A stretch of 38,111 nucleotides of DNA from a virus (Duplodnaviria; Caudoviricetes), in the IMG/VR virus record IMGVR_UViG_3300031841_003139, positions 1-38,111 of that record, one strand, 5' to 3'. The notes beneath the pieces were generated by a model. It searched no databases and was not told the origin of the DNA. It worked only from the letters and a program-made list of their open reading frames with translations. Every line of letters starts with the position of its first letter. Position 1 is the first letter of the stretch. Positions 18,620 to 26,169 of the stretch are shown piece by piece. Made by a program: the position numbers and the translations under genes.

Positions 18620-20000
18620 CGTCTAATTCTTCGTCCGGCTCAGGCTCGTTATCCAATTCGATTTTAGAATCGTCAATTTTTATATCATCAAGACCGACAG
18701 CCGCTAGAACATCGTTAGCCTTAGCCTCATCGCCGTAGGGCTTACCCATTGCTGTCACTACTTTGTCGAAAGTGTCAGCCTTGTTTTTGTTAATCTCGCT
18801 TTGCTCTTTTTCAGTTGTCGAGCGTTGCGGCGGCCATTCAGTCTCTACATTATCAGGTAAATTAATCGCACCGCAATCTGCTAGGATTTCTAACGCTCTG
18901 AATAATTTTTGATCGCAAAAGTCGTCACGACGATCCATTATTAATTGGTTCCAACTCGCTCTATCTTCCTCGCCGGTCGTCTGACCGCCACCCTTACCGG
19001 TTAAAACTCTAACAGGAATACCCGTTTGACCGCTGATCGTTTCCACACTTACATCGAATGAATCGCGAGGGCTAATGCTCGAGATTGGCAAATGATTGGC
19101 TTTCATATTTTTAAGTCTTAGCGTCGATTCCCATCCGTTATCAAACGCCTGTATATTATCGTTCAGCTTGGTTAGCGCTTCTGATCCCGCTTCTAGCTGG
19201 CTGTCTTTGTCAGCTTCTAGCGCTCGTTGCTGTCTGGCGTTTCTAAAAAATGCCTCGCCGCTACCGCCTCTAACTTTTTCAGAATCTAATAACGCGTTCC
19301 ATATAGGCTCTAGTGCGCTTTCACCCTCGATGCTGGACTCTAGCGAACCCTCAGCGAAATGAACTATGCGTGAATGGTGAACATTGATCGCCTTAAACGA
19401 CGTATCTTTTGCTTTGTCGCTGGTTACCGATGTTTGAAGTTGGTAAATTTCTGGAAGGTTAAACCGTGGGCTTGTTGGCGATTCGTCGTATTTCGTGATT
19501 GTTACGCCGTCATAGTTGTAAGCGTTGAAATACATGTTTTTAATTGATTTTTCCAGCGTACCGACTTTACCAAGCGGCTGATCCAAATCCTGACCGTCGG
19601 GTAGTCCGATCAGCAATACGCTAAAATTACCTATTCTGTTGAGAATATCAGCCTTTTGCAGTGCTGAAAAAAGACCCTTTTTTGCAAGTAATGCTATCTC
19701 ATTTTCTAGTATTTCCTGCTCACCTACTTTTAATTTAGGTTTTTCACCCCAACAGGCTCGAGCTACTTTCTTAACAACAGCATTACCCAAGCCGCCGCGC
19801 TTATACATTCCGTAAAAGTCAGAGTACGTTAAATCAGTACCGTAACCAAATAACGCGTTATAGTCTCGTTTACCATCTGGTGACACGCCAAAACCAAAAG
19901 AAGCCGACAACCGCCTGACAGCCGATTGTAGCGCGTTGATTATCACGCCTTCTTTTTTGTGCGTGTTGTTTATTTCAAAAACGTTAGCAGATTCAGACAT
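18591..20000 (-). CDS. Portal protein (DUF1073-like)
   Basis: Follows terL; RFNLPEIY, VHHSRI, GESALEP, TGIPVRVL.G...G; acidic tail. Confidence 0.85.
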   Translation of the reverse strand: MSESANVFEINNTHKKEGVIINALQSAVRRLSASFGFGVSPDGKRDYNALFGYGTDLTYSDFYGMYKRGGLGNAVVKKVARACWGEKPKLKVGEQEILENEIALLAKKGLFSALQKADILNRIGNFSVLLIGLPDGQDLDQPLGKVGTLEKSIKNMYFNAYNYDGVTITKYDESPTSPRFNLPEIYQLQTSVTSDKAKDTSFKAINVHHSRIVHFAEGSLESSIEGESALEPIWNALLDSEKVRGGSGEAFFRNARQQRALEADKDSQLEAGSEALTKLNDNIQAFDNGWESTLRLKNMKANHLPISSISPRDSFDVSVETISGQTGIPVRVLTGKGGGQTTGEEDRASWNQLIMDRRDDFCDQKLFRALEILADCGAINLPDNVETEWPPQRSTTEKEQSEINKNKADTFDKVVTAMGKPYGDEAKANDVLAAVGLDDIKIDDSKIELDNEPEPDEELDDDKRQSDEN

Positions 20001-20056
20001 TACATTTTAGAACTCGCTATTAATGTGAAAGGATAGTAAAAATACAAGTTAACGCG

Positions 20057-20086
20057 ATTATAAGACTAAAAGCCACCAGCTTGCAA
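20057..20086 (-). promoter_or_regulatory. Sigma70-like promoter upstream of the portal gene
   Basis: TTGCAA-N18-TATAAT on the minus strand. Confidence 0.5.
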
Positions 20087-21532
20087 GTTGCCTCCTGTCA
20101 GTTCTGTTAACGCCCATACTGCCCAGTCTAATCTATTAGGTGATTTTTTAGCGGTTAACGGTACATATTCCATTATTTCATCCTCAAACAGATCTAACCC
20201 TTCGGCATGATGTACTTGATTTTCTTTGCTTTCGTTCTTCTCATACAATGCCGCTATCGGTTCGGCTCGGCTGAATTTAGATTTGCTGGCATGCACGTTA
20301 ATTATGCGCCCTTTAAATTTGGCGTTACGTAATAATTCTTCAACCATCTTGCCGCCTTGGTTAGTCTCAACGACAACGGCATCAGCCTCATGTCGATTAT
20401 ATGCTTCAATTATTGCCTGTACTGCATCGGCTGGTGACATTTTACGAGTATAGTCTCCGTCGACCGAATATTTATCGTTAGCATAACTGCTTGCTGCACC
20501 TATTCCCCACTCGTCGCTGTTTTCCTCATTGGTAGTTGCTGGGTCAACACCTATGACCGTCCGCTTTTTAGCCCATGGCAACGGCATTTTGCGAGCCATA
20601 GCGATCATTGATTCAGTCCATAGTGCCCCGTCAGCATCAAACTTCTTAGGTTCCTGTAGATACTGAGCGTTCCACGTTCTCTTATGGGACATTAGCGAAC
20701 CAAGATGTTTTTTAGAATGCTTTGCTTCCCATAACCAGCCGTCAGATAGGCCATGGTCTATTGGTATGCCGTGGGTGTTCTCTTGAGGATATTTCTTGGA
20801 ATTGTCTATTTTTACTGGCAAGTTCAAATGATGCCATTTCTCACCGCTGCCGCCCCTCAGTAAATGCCCGCTTAAATCTTTATAATGGATTCTTTGCATA
20901 ATGACAATTACAGGTACATCCTCATCAGCTAATCGGCTTTTGATTGTGTCGCTATAGTTATCATTAACAGCATCGCGAATATTGTCATATAAAGCGTCGC
21001 GTGGTTTTACCGGATCATCAATAATCAATGCGCCGGTAAATCGCCATGGTTGCCCTTCCGGCGTCATTAACCCAGCACGAAAACCCGTAACTTGCCCCAT
21101 CGTACTAGCTGCGTAAACACCGCCTCCGTATTGGTTCCACCACATGTGTTTAGAGTCAGCATCATCGCGGGGCTTCATAGGCCACATGCTCTGATAGTCT
21201 TTCGACCTTACGATTGACCTAGCCGTTGATGAATTCAAAAGAGCCAATTTGTCAGAATAAGATAAATGCATGAATTTAGCATGTTCGTTAATCGCCAAAC
21301 CGCGCGCCATCAATGAAATACTGGCTATTTCTGTTTTTGTATAGCCCGGGGGAATATTGATAATTAGACGTTTTATTTCACCGTCTATAACTCGTTCGAG
21401 CGTTCTGTGAATGACAGGATGGTGACGACCGATGAGCATTTTCGCACCGGTTCTTTGTTTGAAAAAATACCGTGTGAAATAATCGTTTGATTCTTCACAC
21501 TCTAATTTGCGAGCCTCAACAATCGTCCGCAT
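20066..21532 (-). CDS. terL: Terminase large subunit
   Basis: Walker A IINIPPGYTKT, Walker B LIIDD, IMQRIH..DL.G, AQYLQEP; RNase H-like nuclease motifs GVDPA and VETNQGG. Confidence 0.95.
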   Translation of the reverse strand: MRTIVEARKLECEESNDYFTRYFFKQRTGAKMLIGRHHPVIHRTLERVIDGEIKRLIINIPPGYTKTEIASISLMARGLAINEHAKFMHLSYSDKLALLNSSTARSIVRSKDYQSMWPMKPRDDADSKHMWWNQYGGGVYAASTMGQVTGFRAGLMTPEGQPWRFTGALIIDDPVKPRDALYDNIRDAVNDNYSDTIKSRLADEDVPVIVIMQRIHYKDLSGHLLRGGSGEKWHHLNLPVKIDNSKKYPQENTHGIPIDHGLSDGWLWEAKHSKKHLGSLMSHKRTWNAQYLQEPKKFDADGALWTESMIAMARKMPLPWAKKRTVIGVDPATTNEENSDEWGIGAASSYANDKYSVDGDYTRKMSPADAVQAIIEAYNRHEADAVVVETNQGGKMVEELLRNAKFKGRIINVHASKSKFSRAEPIAALYEKNESKENQVHHAEGLDLFEDEIMEYVPLTAKKSPNRLDWAVWALTELTGGNLQAGGF

Positions 21533-21998
21533 CGAGCATTTCCTGACGTGCCTGTTTGTATTGTTCTTTCGTCAAAACTCGATGTTCAAACGCGCCACCG
21601 TTCGCACCGGTTATTTCTTTTTTCTGTGCCGCTAGATGACCGTCCATTTTGTTCAACTCGACTATTGCTGCTATTGCTGCTTTCACATCACCGGTGATGT
21701 GATGTTTATCGGTTTTCGGCGAATGCATTATTTCTAGCGATTTTTCGATAATCGTTTTCAACCATTGCTTTTTCTGCGCGACGCTCACAGAAATCAATTC
21801 TGTAGCAGCAACTTGAATTTCATATAATCTGAGGGCTATGTGCGGGCGTTTTAAAATCTTCTGCGCTTCCGTAGCGTTTAGCTGAGGACTCATATCAGAG
21901 TATTCCGCATACAGGTAGGCCGCTGTTGGCTTTCCATGAATAGAATAATGCTCAACGAATTTCTGTTCTTGTTCTGTTAGGTGTAGTTTATTGCTCAT
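21516..21998 (-). CDS. terS: Terminase small subunit
   Basis: LTEQEQKFVEHY...AY..A.YS N-terminal HTH pattern; EITGANGGA C-terminal motif; overlaps the terL start. Confidence 0.85.
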   Translation of the reverse strand: MSNKLHLTEQEQKFVEHYSIHGKPTAAYLYAEYSDMSPQLNATEAQKILKRPHIALRLYEIQVAATELISVSVAQKKQWLKTIIEKSLEIMHSPKTDKHHITGDVKAAIAAIVELNKMDGHLAAQKKEITGANGGAFEHRVLTKEQYKQARQEMLDADDC

Positions 21999-22007
21999 AG
22001 TCCCGAG

Positions 22008-22037
22008 ATTATAGCTAATAGCCTTTAGTCAGAGCAA
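22008..22037 (-). promoter_or_regulatory. Sigma70-like promoter for terS
   Basis: TTGCTC-N18-TATAAT; the -10 ends 9 nt before the terS ATG. Confidence 0.45.
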
Positions 22038-22046
22038 TTAAAATTT

Positions 22047-22372
22047 GTTTGTCTACTTATCAAAAAGCCTACAGGCTAGGTGTTGCGGGGCTTCCACGGG
22101 TTTCTGTCTAGTTTAATGCCTAGTTGTAAATGTAAGTAGACAAACGTAAGTTGCTGATAACTAAAGTCTTTTATACTATCTTGTCTACTTGTCTACTTAT
22201 AAATAAGTCTATTAGTAAATAAATAAAATAATAATAGTAATAAATAATAGTATATCTATATAAGAAGTCGGAAATAACTAGACAAGTAGGCAAACGGCGC
22301 TGTATGTTGTATCTGGTAAGGGATTGCGCGTGTCTACTACTTAGATGTCTAGTAGATCGCGCAAGTAGGCAA
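22047..22372. repeat. Iteron-like TTGTCTACTT repeats in both orientations around an AT-rich core (putative origin or packaging site)
   Basis: Copies at 22049, 22181 and 22189 (forward) and 22134, 22276, 22284 and 22363 (inverted), plus variants; core 22199-22262 is almost pure A/T. Confidence 0.8.
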
Positions 22373-22373
22373 G

Positions 22374-22619
22374 TTAAACTAAATCGTTAGCGGCAGTTTC
22401 CACAGCCTCTTTAATGTCGTTAAATGTTAATTCGTCAAAACAGGCTTTTGCTATTTCAAAACTTTTAAACCCGTCAACAGTCAAATCAATAAATTTCCCA
22501 TCGGCTATAAAGCTTATGACGATGCTATAGCGATTACACGATTTACCAATTCTCGTTAAAACCTGACCGAATGGTGCAACGTGGTAAACAACGCAAAAAT
22601 TACTCATCGTCGCTCTCAC
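22374..22619 (-). CDS. Hypothetical protein
   Basis: Last ORF of the accessory operon; overlaps the upstream ORF. Confidence 0.55.
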   Translation of the reverse strand: MRATMSNFCVVYHVAPFGQVLTRIGKSCNRYSIVISFIADGKFIDLTVDGFKSFEIAKACFDELTFNDIKEAVETAANDLV

Positions 22620-22809
22620 AGGTTAAAATAACTCTTTTTAATTCTCGTTTATATTTGGGTTTGTAGTCGCGCACTTCGACCGTTCTTGACCCGTGGATTT
22701 GATAACAATGATCTATTTGCTGCATGATCTGTTTATGCTCTCTATAAGTACCGTCACTAAGTGCTATTATAAATGCAATCGTTATTATAAAATAAAATGG
22801 TTTGTCCAT
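22600..22809 (-). CDS. Hypothetical protein with N-terminal hydrophobic segment
   Basis: GAGG SD; FYFIITIAFIIALS. Confidence 0.6.
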   Translation of the reverse strand: MDKPFYFIITIAFIIALSDGTYREHKQIMQQIDHCYQIHGSRTVEVRDYKPKYKRELKRVILTCESDDE

Positions 22810-22880
22810 AATGTTAAACCCTCGTTAATCGTTGTCTGAAAGGAAAGGTTGCACCGCTATATCAAAATCACCAGTGATGG

Positions 22881-23219
22881 CTACTGGCTCGAATAAAACT
22901 TCTTGAGCATCTTTGTAAGCATATAATACCTTTCACCAATGTGACGCCTACCTTCCTCACTACGGCTCATAGCATCAATTATCTCGCTCTTAGGTACTGA
23001 CTCGACTAACGCGTCATTACTGCGAGTTAAAGCCATGGTACATTGCCCTAATAATCTAGTTTGACTTTCAAGGTTTATTTGAGTCATACCCAAATCATAA
23101 TTAGCTTGGGCTAATTGTTTTTCGAGTTCTTTGTAATCTTCATAACTCACAAAATCACCATCGGAAGACTTAACAACGCCGTAATGCTCATCAAAATCCA
23201 GTCTAGTAAAATTAGCCAT
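22881..23219 (-). CDS. Hypothetical protein (mosaic)
   Basis: TAATG coupling; DGDFVSYEDY then coiled coil; shares SVPKSEI with the upstream gene. Confidence 0.7.
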   Translation of the reverse strand: MANFTRLDFDEHYGVVKSSDGDFVSYEDYKELEKQLAQANYDLGMTQINLESQTRLLGQCTMALTRSNDALVESVPKSEIIDAMSRSEEGRRHIGERYYMLTKMLKKFYSSQ

Positions 23220-23542
23220 TATTCGCTTTCTCCTGTGATAATATTGTTAAGGTCTTTGATAGCTACCTCAAGGTCAATCTCGCTGTCACTAAATGAATAC
23301 AAAACCCCAGAATACCTATTGATTAGTTTTTCAATCTCGCTCTTAGGTACTGACCCAGTTAACCGCTTTTCGAGTTCTTGGAATCTTTTTTTGATGGCTT
23401 GAAAGGTTTTTTCTGCTTTACCATCAATGGTGTCATGACTTCGCCCTTCAACGCCTTCTTGATAAGCAGTATTCCCATAGTCGAACAGCAACTCGTCTAA
23501 ACTTTTAACATCACTTACTTGCTCTTGCGTTAGGTTATTCAT
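23219..23542 (-). CDS. Hypothetical protein (MNNLTQEQ start)
   Basis: GGAG SD; overlaps the upstream stop. Confidence 0.7.
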   Translation of the reverse strand: MNNLTQEQVSDVKSLDELLFDYGNTAYQEGVEGRSHDTIDGKAEKTFQAIKKRFQELEKRLTGSVPKSEIEKLINRYSGVLYSFSDSEIDLEVAIKDLNNIITGESE

Positions 23543-24005
23543 TATTAGCTTTCTCCTGTAGTACTAGAAATAGACATTCAGACAACGCCCTCTGCGGCGA
23601 TTTAACAGTTTTAAAATCACTATCAAAAGTGTGAACCTCAAGTTCAAAATAACTCACGGTCAGCCCTGCTTCCGAGTATTCTTGCTCTAATTGCAGTTCA
23701 ACAACCAAAGGCATTAAATCATTCCAGTTGTTGCAGTAGTCAGGCAAATCAATATAATCACCACCAGCCGTTAAACACCTATTCTGACCAACGTAATAAA
23801 ATGCAAAAAATCTAGCTACCCTTTTGTTGAGGTCTTTATCACTCAACTCACTCACTTGCTCTTGTGTTAGTTTTGGCTGGACCTTGGTAAGCTTGTCATT
23901 CATTTCGCATTTAGCACACCAACCACCAGCAAAACCATTAGTGCGCCTTCTCCCAATATGCCCGCAATGCCCGCACTTATATTGCTCTTGTGTTAGGTTA
24001 TTCAT
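23535..24005 (-). CDS. Zn-ribbon fused to NinX/DUF2591-like domain
   Basis: CGHC...CAKC, then LSD.DLN..VA, DYCNNWNDLMPLV and PQRALSECLF, recalling the NinX-family pattern. Confidence 0.6.
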   Translation of the reverse strand: MNNLTQEQYKCGHCGHIGRRRTNGFAGGWCAKCEMNDKLTKVQPKLTQEQVSELSDKDLNKRVARFFAFYYVGQNRCLTAGGDYIDLPDYCNNWNDLMPLVVELQLEQEYSEAGLTVSYFELEVHTFDSDFKTVKSPQRALSECLFLVLQEKANNE

Positions 24006-24201
24006 TATTCAAACTACCTTCTGCAACTAATTGCACCTCAGAGCATCCAAACCCTTCATCGGTAGGCAAATTGTTTAACTCAATGATGTTGCCCATAGCC
24101 CTACGGCCGCAATCTTCCTCACACTTGCAAATATCCATACTCACAAAAATTGGCGCGTCAGGCGCTTCTAACATTCTTTTTGCTAACTCATGACTATTCA
24201 T
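23998..24201 (-). CDS. Hypothetical protein
   Basis: ATGA overlap; MNSHELAKRMLEAPD. Confidence 0.65.
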   Translation of the reverse strand: MNSHELAKRMLEAPDAPIFVSMDICKCEEDCGRRAMGNIIELNNLPTDEGFGCSEVQLVAEGSLNNE

Positions 24202-24464
24202 TGCTCGCTACCTTCCTTATGGCTGGTTAAAGATTCGGCTTCTAACAGCTTGTCAATTATTCTTTTTGCTTCATCAACCCAGCCATCACCAAATTTTTCA
24301 AGCAAATCACTCGCCCAATGGATGAAAACAGCTTGCTCATATTCCGCCTTGTTTTCTTTATCTTCATAAATCGAATGTTTTATCAGTAGTTTTGCAATAG
24401 GTGCGCATGCAAAATTTGGCTTGCCTAGTATTGAAATTTGATTATTAGATAGCTCAATCATCAT
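24198..24464 (-). CDS. Cassette gene, phage hypothetical (LGKPNFACAPIA...EQAVFIHW)
   Basis: Starts at the ATGATG of the 21-bp linker. Confidence 0.75.
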   Translation of the reverse strand: MMIELSNNQISILGKPNFACAPIAKLLIKHSIYEDKENKAEYEQAVFIHWASDLLEKFGDGWVDEAKRIIDKLLEAESLTSHKEGSEQ

Positions 24465-24481
24465 CTATTCCTTATGGTTGG

Positions 24482-24670
24482 CTAACTGTTCCACTTACTT
24501 TGGGGTGTGTTTTGAAGCTGAACTTCTTTGTAGTATTTTTTAGCCATTTGCAAGCAGCCTTCAATATGATCACGATAGATATAGCTTTCAGGCGCATTTT
24601 TTCTAAGCCACTCAATATCTTCATCTACCATTTTGTCGAAGGTTGCAGAATTAACAGGCATACTCATCAT
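24482..24670 (-). CDS. Cassette gene, hypothetical 62 aa
   Basis: Starts in the linker; stop lies just before the next linker. Confidence 0.75.
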   Translation of the reverse strand: MMSMPVNSATFDKMVDEDIEWLRKNAPESYIYRDHIEGCLQMAKKYYKEVQLQNTPQSKWNS

Positions 24671-24683
24671 CTATTCCTTATGG

Positions 24684-24893
24684 TTAAATTTCTTCGACAT
24701 AGAGCCGGAGTTGAACCCTGTATCGTTTAGGGTTTTTCATATAACGTTTAGCCTGCTCTAAGTCGGAAGGTGTTCCCCCATCGCTGTGATAGTTCAAGAG
24801 ATCTATAAGCGCAGGCATTGGTATAAATTCCGGTTCACCGTCGTAGATAGCGGCTTGCTCTACTGCTACAATTAAGCTTTCATCATTCATCAT
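24684..24893 (-). CDS. Cassette gene, hypothetical 69 aa
   Basis: Starts in the linker; its TAA overlaps the first AA of the next linker. Confidence 0.75.
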   Translation of the reverse strand: MMNDESLIVAVEQAAIYDGEPEFIPMPALIDLLNYHSDGGTPSDLEQAKRYMKNPKRYRVQLRLYVEEI

Positions 24894-24900
24894 CTATTCC

Positions 24901-25032
24901 TTATCCAAAGGTTACGCTGACATTCTTAATCAGCCATATCAAAAGCTCTATGACCGCCCACCCTATAACCGCAGAAAGAAGAATGGCTATTACCACTAAT
25001 GGTTTAAAACTAAATCTTATCGGTCCCATCAT
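24901..25032 (-). CDS. Cassette gene, 43-aa single-TM peptide (absent from ORF track)
   Basis: MMGPIRFSFKPLVVIAILLSAVIGWAVIELLIWLIKNVSVTFG*; ends at the linker TAA. Confidence 0.75.
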   Translation of the reverse strand: MMGPIRFSFKPLVVIAILLSAVIGWAVIELLIWLIKNVSVTFG

Positions 25033-25260
25033 CTATTCCTTATGGTTAATATTGCTTGTTTCGGTAAATGCAAAATGGAGCATATTGATACCAACAACGA
25101 CGTTGTTTACATTTTCATTGCCAACAACTTTTAGGTCAAAAGAGTCGTTATTTATCCCGTCGATAGTGAATATCGTACCAGTGGGCAGCGTTATGGATTC
25201 TTTGGCGTTAGAGTCGTACGCATAATTTACAGGATATTTGCATGTGTAAAATTTCATCAT
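25033..25260 (-). CDS. Cassette gene, hypothetical 75 aa
   Basis: Starts in the linker; ends ...NHKE* on the linker TAG. Confidence 0.75.
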   Translation of the reverse strand: MMKFYTCKYPVNYAYDSNAKESITLPTGTIFTIDGINNDSFDLKVVGNENVNNVVVGINMLHFAFTETSNINHKE

Positions 25261-25427
25261 CTATTCCTTATGGTTAAATAAATAGCCGGTATCAAAAAAA
25301 CTACTATTGCAATCCAATTAATAGGCCACCACCAAACAAACCATCGTTTAGTTAACAACCTATTACCAATATACAAAGGGATTCCGTCATAGCGCATTAA
25401 GGTTCCGTACTTTTCAAATTTATACAT
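25257..25427 (-). CDS. 56-aa Trp-rich membrane peptide (absent from ORF track)
   Basis: MYKFEKYGTLMRYDGIPLYIGNRLLTKRWFVWWWPINWIAIVVFLIPAIYLTIRNR*; AGGGGG SD; ends on the linker TGA. Confidence 0.7.
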   Translation of the reverse strand: MYKFEKYGTLMRYDGIPLYIGNRLLTKRWFVWWWPINWIAIVVFLIPAIYLTIRNR

Positions 25428-25430
25428 CAG

Positions 25431-25742
25431 TCAACCCCCTACGTGGTCAAAAATTCGCTTAAGCGCTTCTAGCGTTAGTATTTTTTCCATTCTGATCCCA
25501 AGGCTTTTAGATAACCCGTGGTCAGTCCCGTGAGTGTCCACATAGCCGCAATAATAACCCAAAGCATAAAACCTAAAGTCGTGCGCTATTTGCTCCAAAT
25601 CTTCTATTGATTCAGGGTCACCCAAAACTTGCTTTATTTCTAGCAGGTCGTTAGCGGTTTGATCGATTATGGTTGATCTTAACGCGTCCATTTCTTTATT
25701 TAGAAATCTGTCAAAATTGATATTTTTCGCAGCATTAGCCAT
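25431..25742 (-). CDS. Hypothetical protein
   Basis: Start lies within the 29-bp junction repeat (ACAGGT SD-like). Confidence 0.7.
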   Translation of the reverse strand: MANAAKNINFDRFLNKEMDALRSTIIDQTANDLLEIKQVLGDPESIEDLEQIAHDFRFYALGYYCGYVDTHGTDHGLSKSLGIRMEKILTLEALKRIFDHVGG

Positions 25743-25745
25743 TTG

Positions 25746-26042
25746 TTATTTACCTGTATTGTTAGCTTCGTAAGTGTCGTTACCATCCGGCATGTGAGTG
25801 CATATAATCAAGCCTTCCGACTCCAATTCTGAAAGAATAGTATGCTTTCTTAAATGGCTTATTTCTCCACCAAAATACAAACCTTTCTCTAACATTGGGC
25901 ATCTGCGACCTTTCAACCATTTTAAAAAATACTTTTTTCCTTCCTCGACACCCTTGTCAAAACGATCACGATCTACAACTTTGTCGTATTTTTGCATTTT
26001 ATCAGAAGCGTATTTGAATAAATTTTCTCTTACACTAGCCAT
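25746..26042 (-). CDS. Hypothetical protein (possible winged-helix C-terminus)
   Basis: First gene after the promoter at 26077-26105; LSELESEGLI motif. Confidence 0.65.
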   Translation of the reverse strand: MASVRENLFKYASDKMQKYDKVVDRDRFDKGVEEGKKYFLKWLKGRRCPMLEKGLYFGGEISHLRKHTILSELESEGLIICTHMPDGNDTYEANNTGK

Positions 26043-26069
26043 TTGTTATTTGCCTGTTTTGTTAACCGT

Positions 26070-26105
26070 TAAAATAATTATAATAAAACTATTTTAATAT
26101 TGCAA
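26070..26105 (-). promoter_or_regulatory. Strong sigma70-like promoter, copy 1
   Basis: TTGCAA-N17-TATAAT; 33/36 identical to 29192-29227. Confidence 0.8.
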
Positions 26106-26116
26106 GCACTTTAGAC

Positions 26117-26142
26117 AAAAAAAACCGCTAATTAAAGCGGTT
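26117..26142 (-). terminator. Intrinsic terminator
   Basis: AACCGCT-TTAATT-AGCGGTT continuing into a run of 8 T. Confidence 0.85.
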
Positions 26143-26169
26143 AATAACTACAGACACAGGAGTATTTAA

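Larger units (their letters stand above)
24459..25275 (-). repeat. Five copies of the junction linker AACCATAAGGAATAGATGATG
   Basis: catcatctattccttatggtt at 24459-24479, 24665-24685, 25027-25047 and 25255-25275; 17-bp copy at 24888-24904; degenerate ttccttatgg at 24213-24222. Confidence 0.97.

Noticed and set aside
24459-25275. CRISPR array or integron attC sites
   Set aside because: Intervals are 139-228 bp and each is a full ORF. The repeat is non-palindromic, lacks GTTRRRY core sites, and no cas operon or integrase is present.
22800-25430. Compositional shift suggesting foreign origin of the cassette block
   Set aside because: Only a visual impression; it needs computed codon and k-mer statistics.
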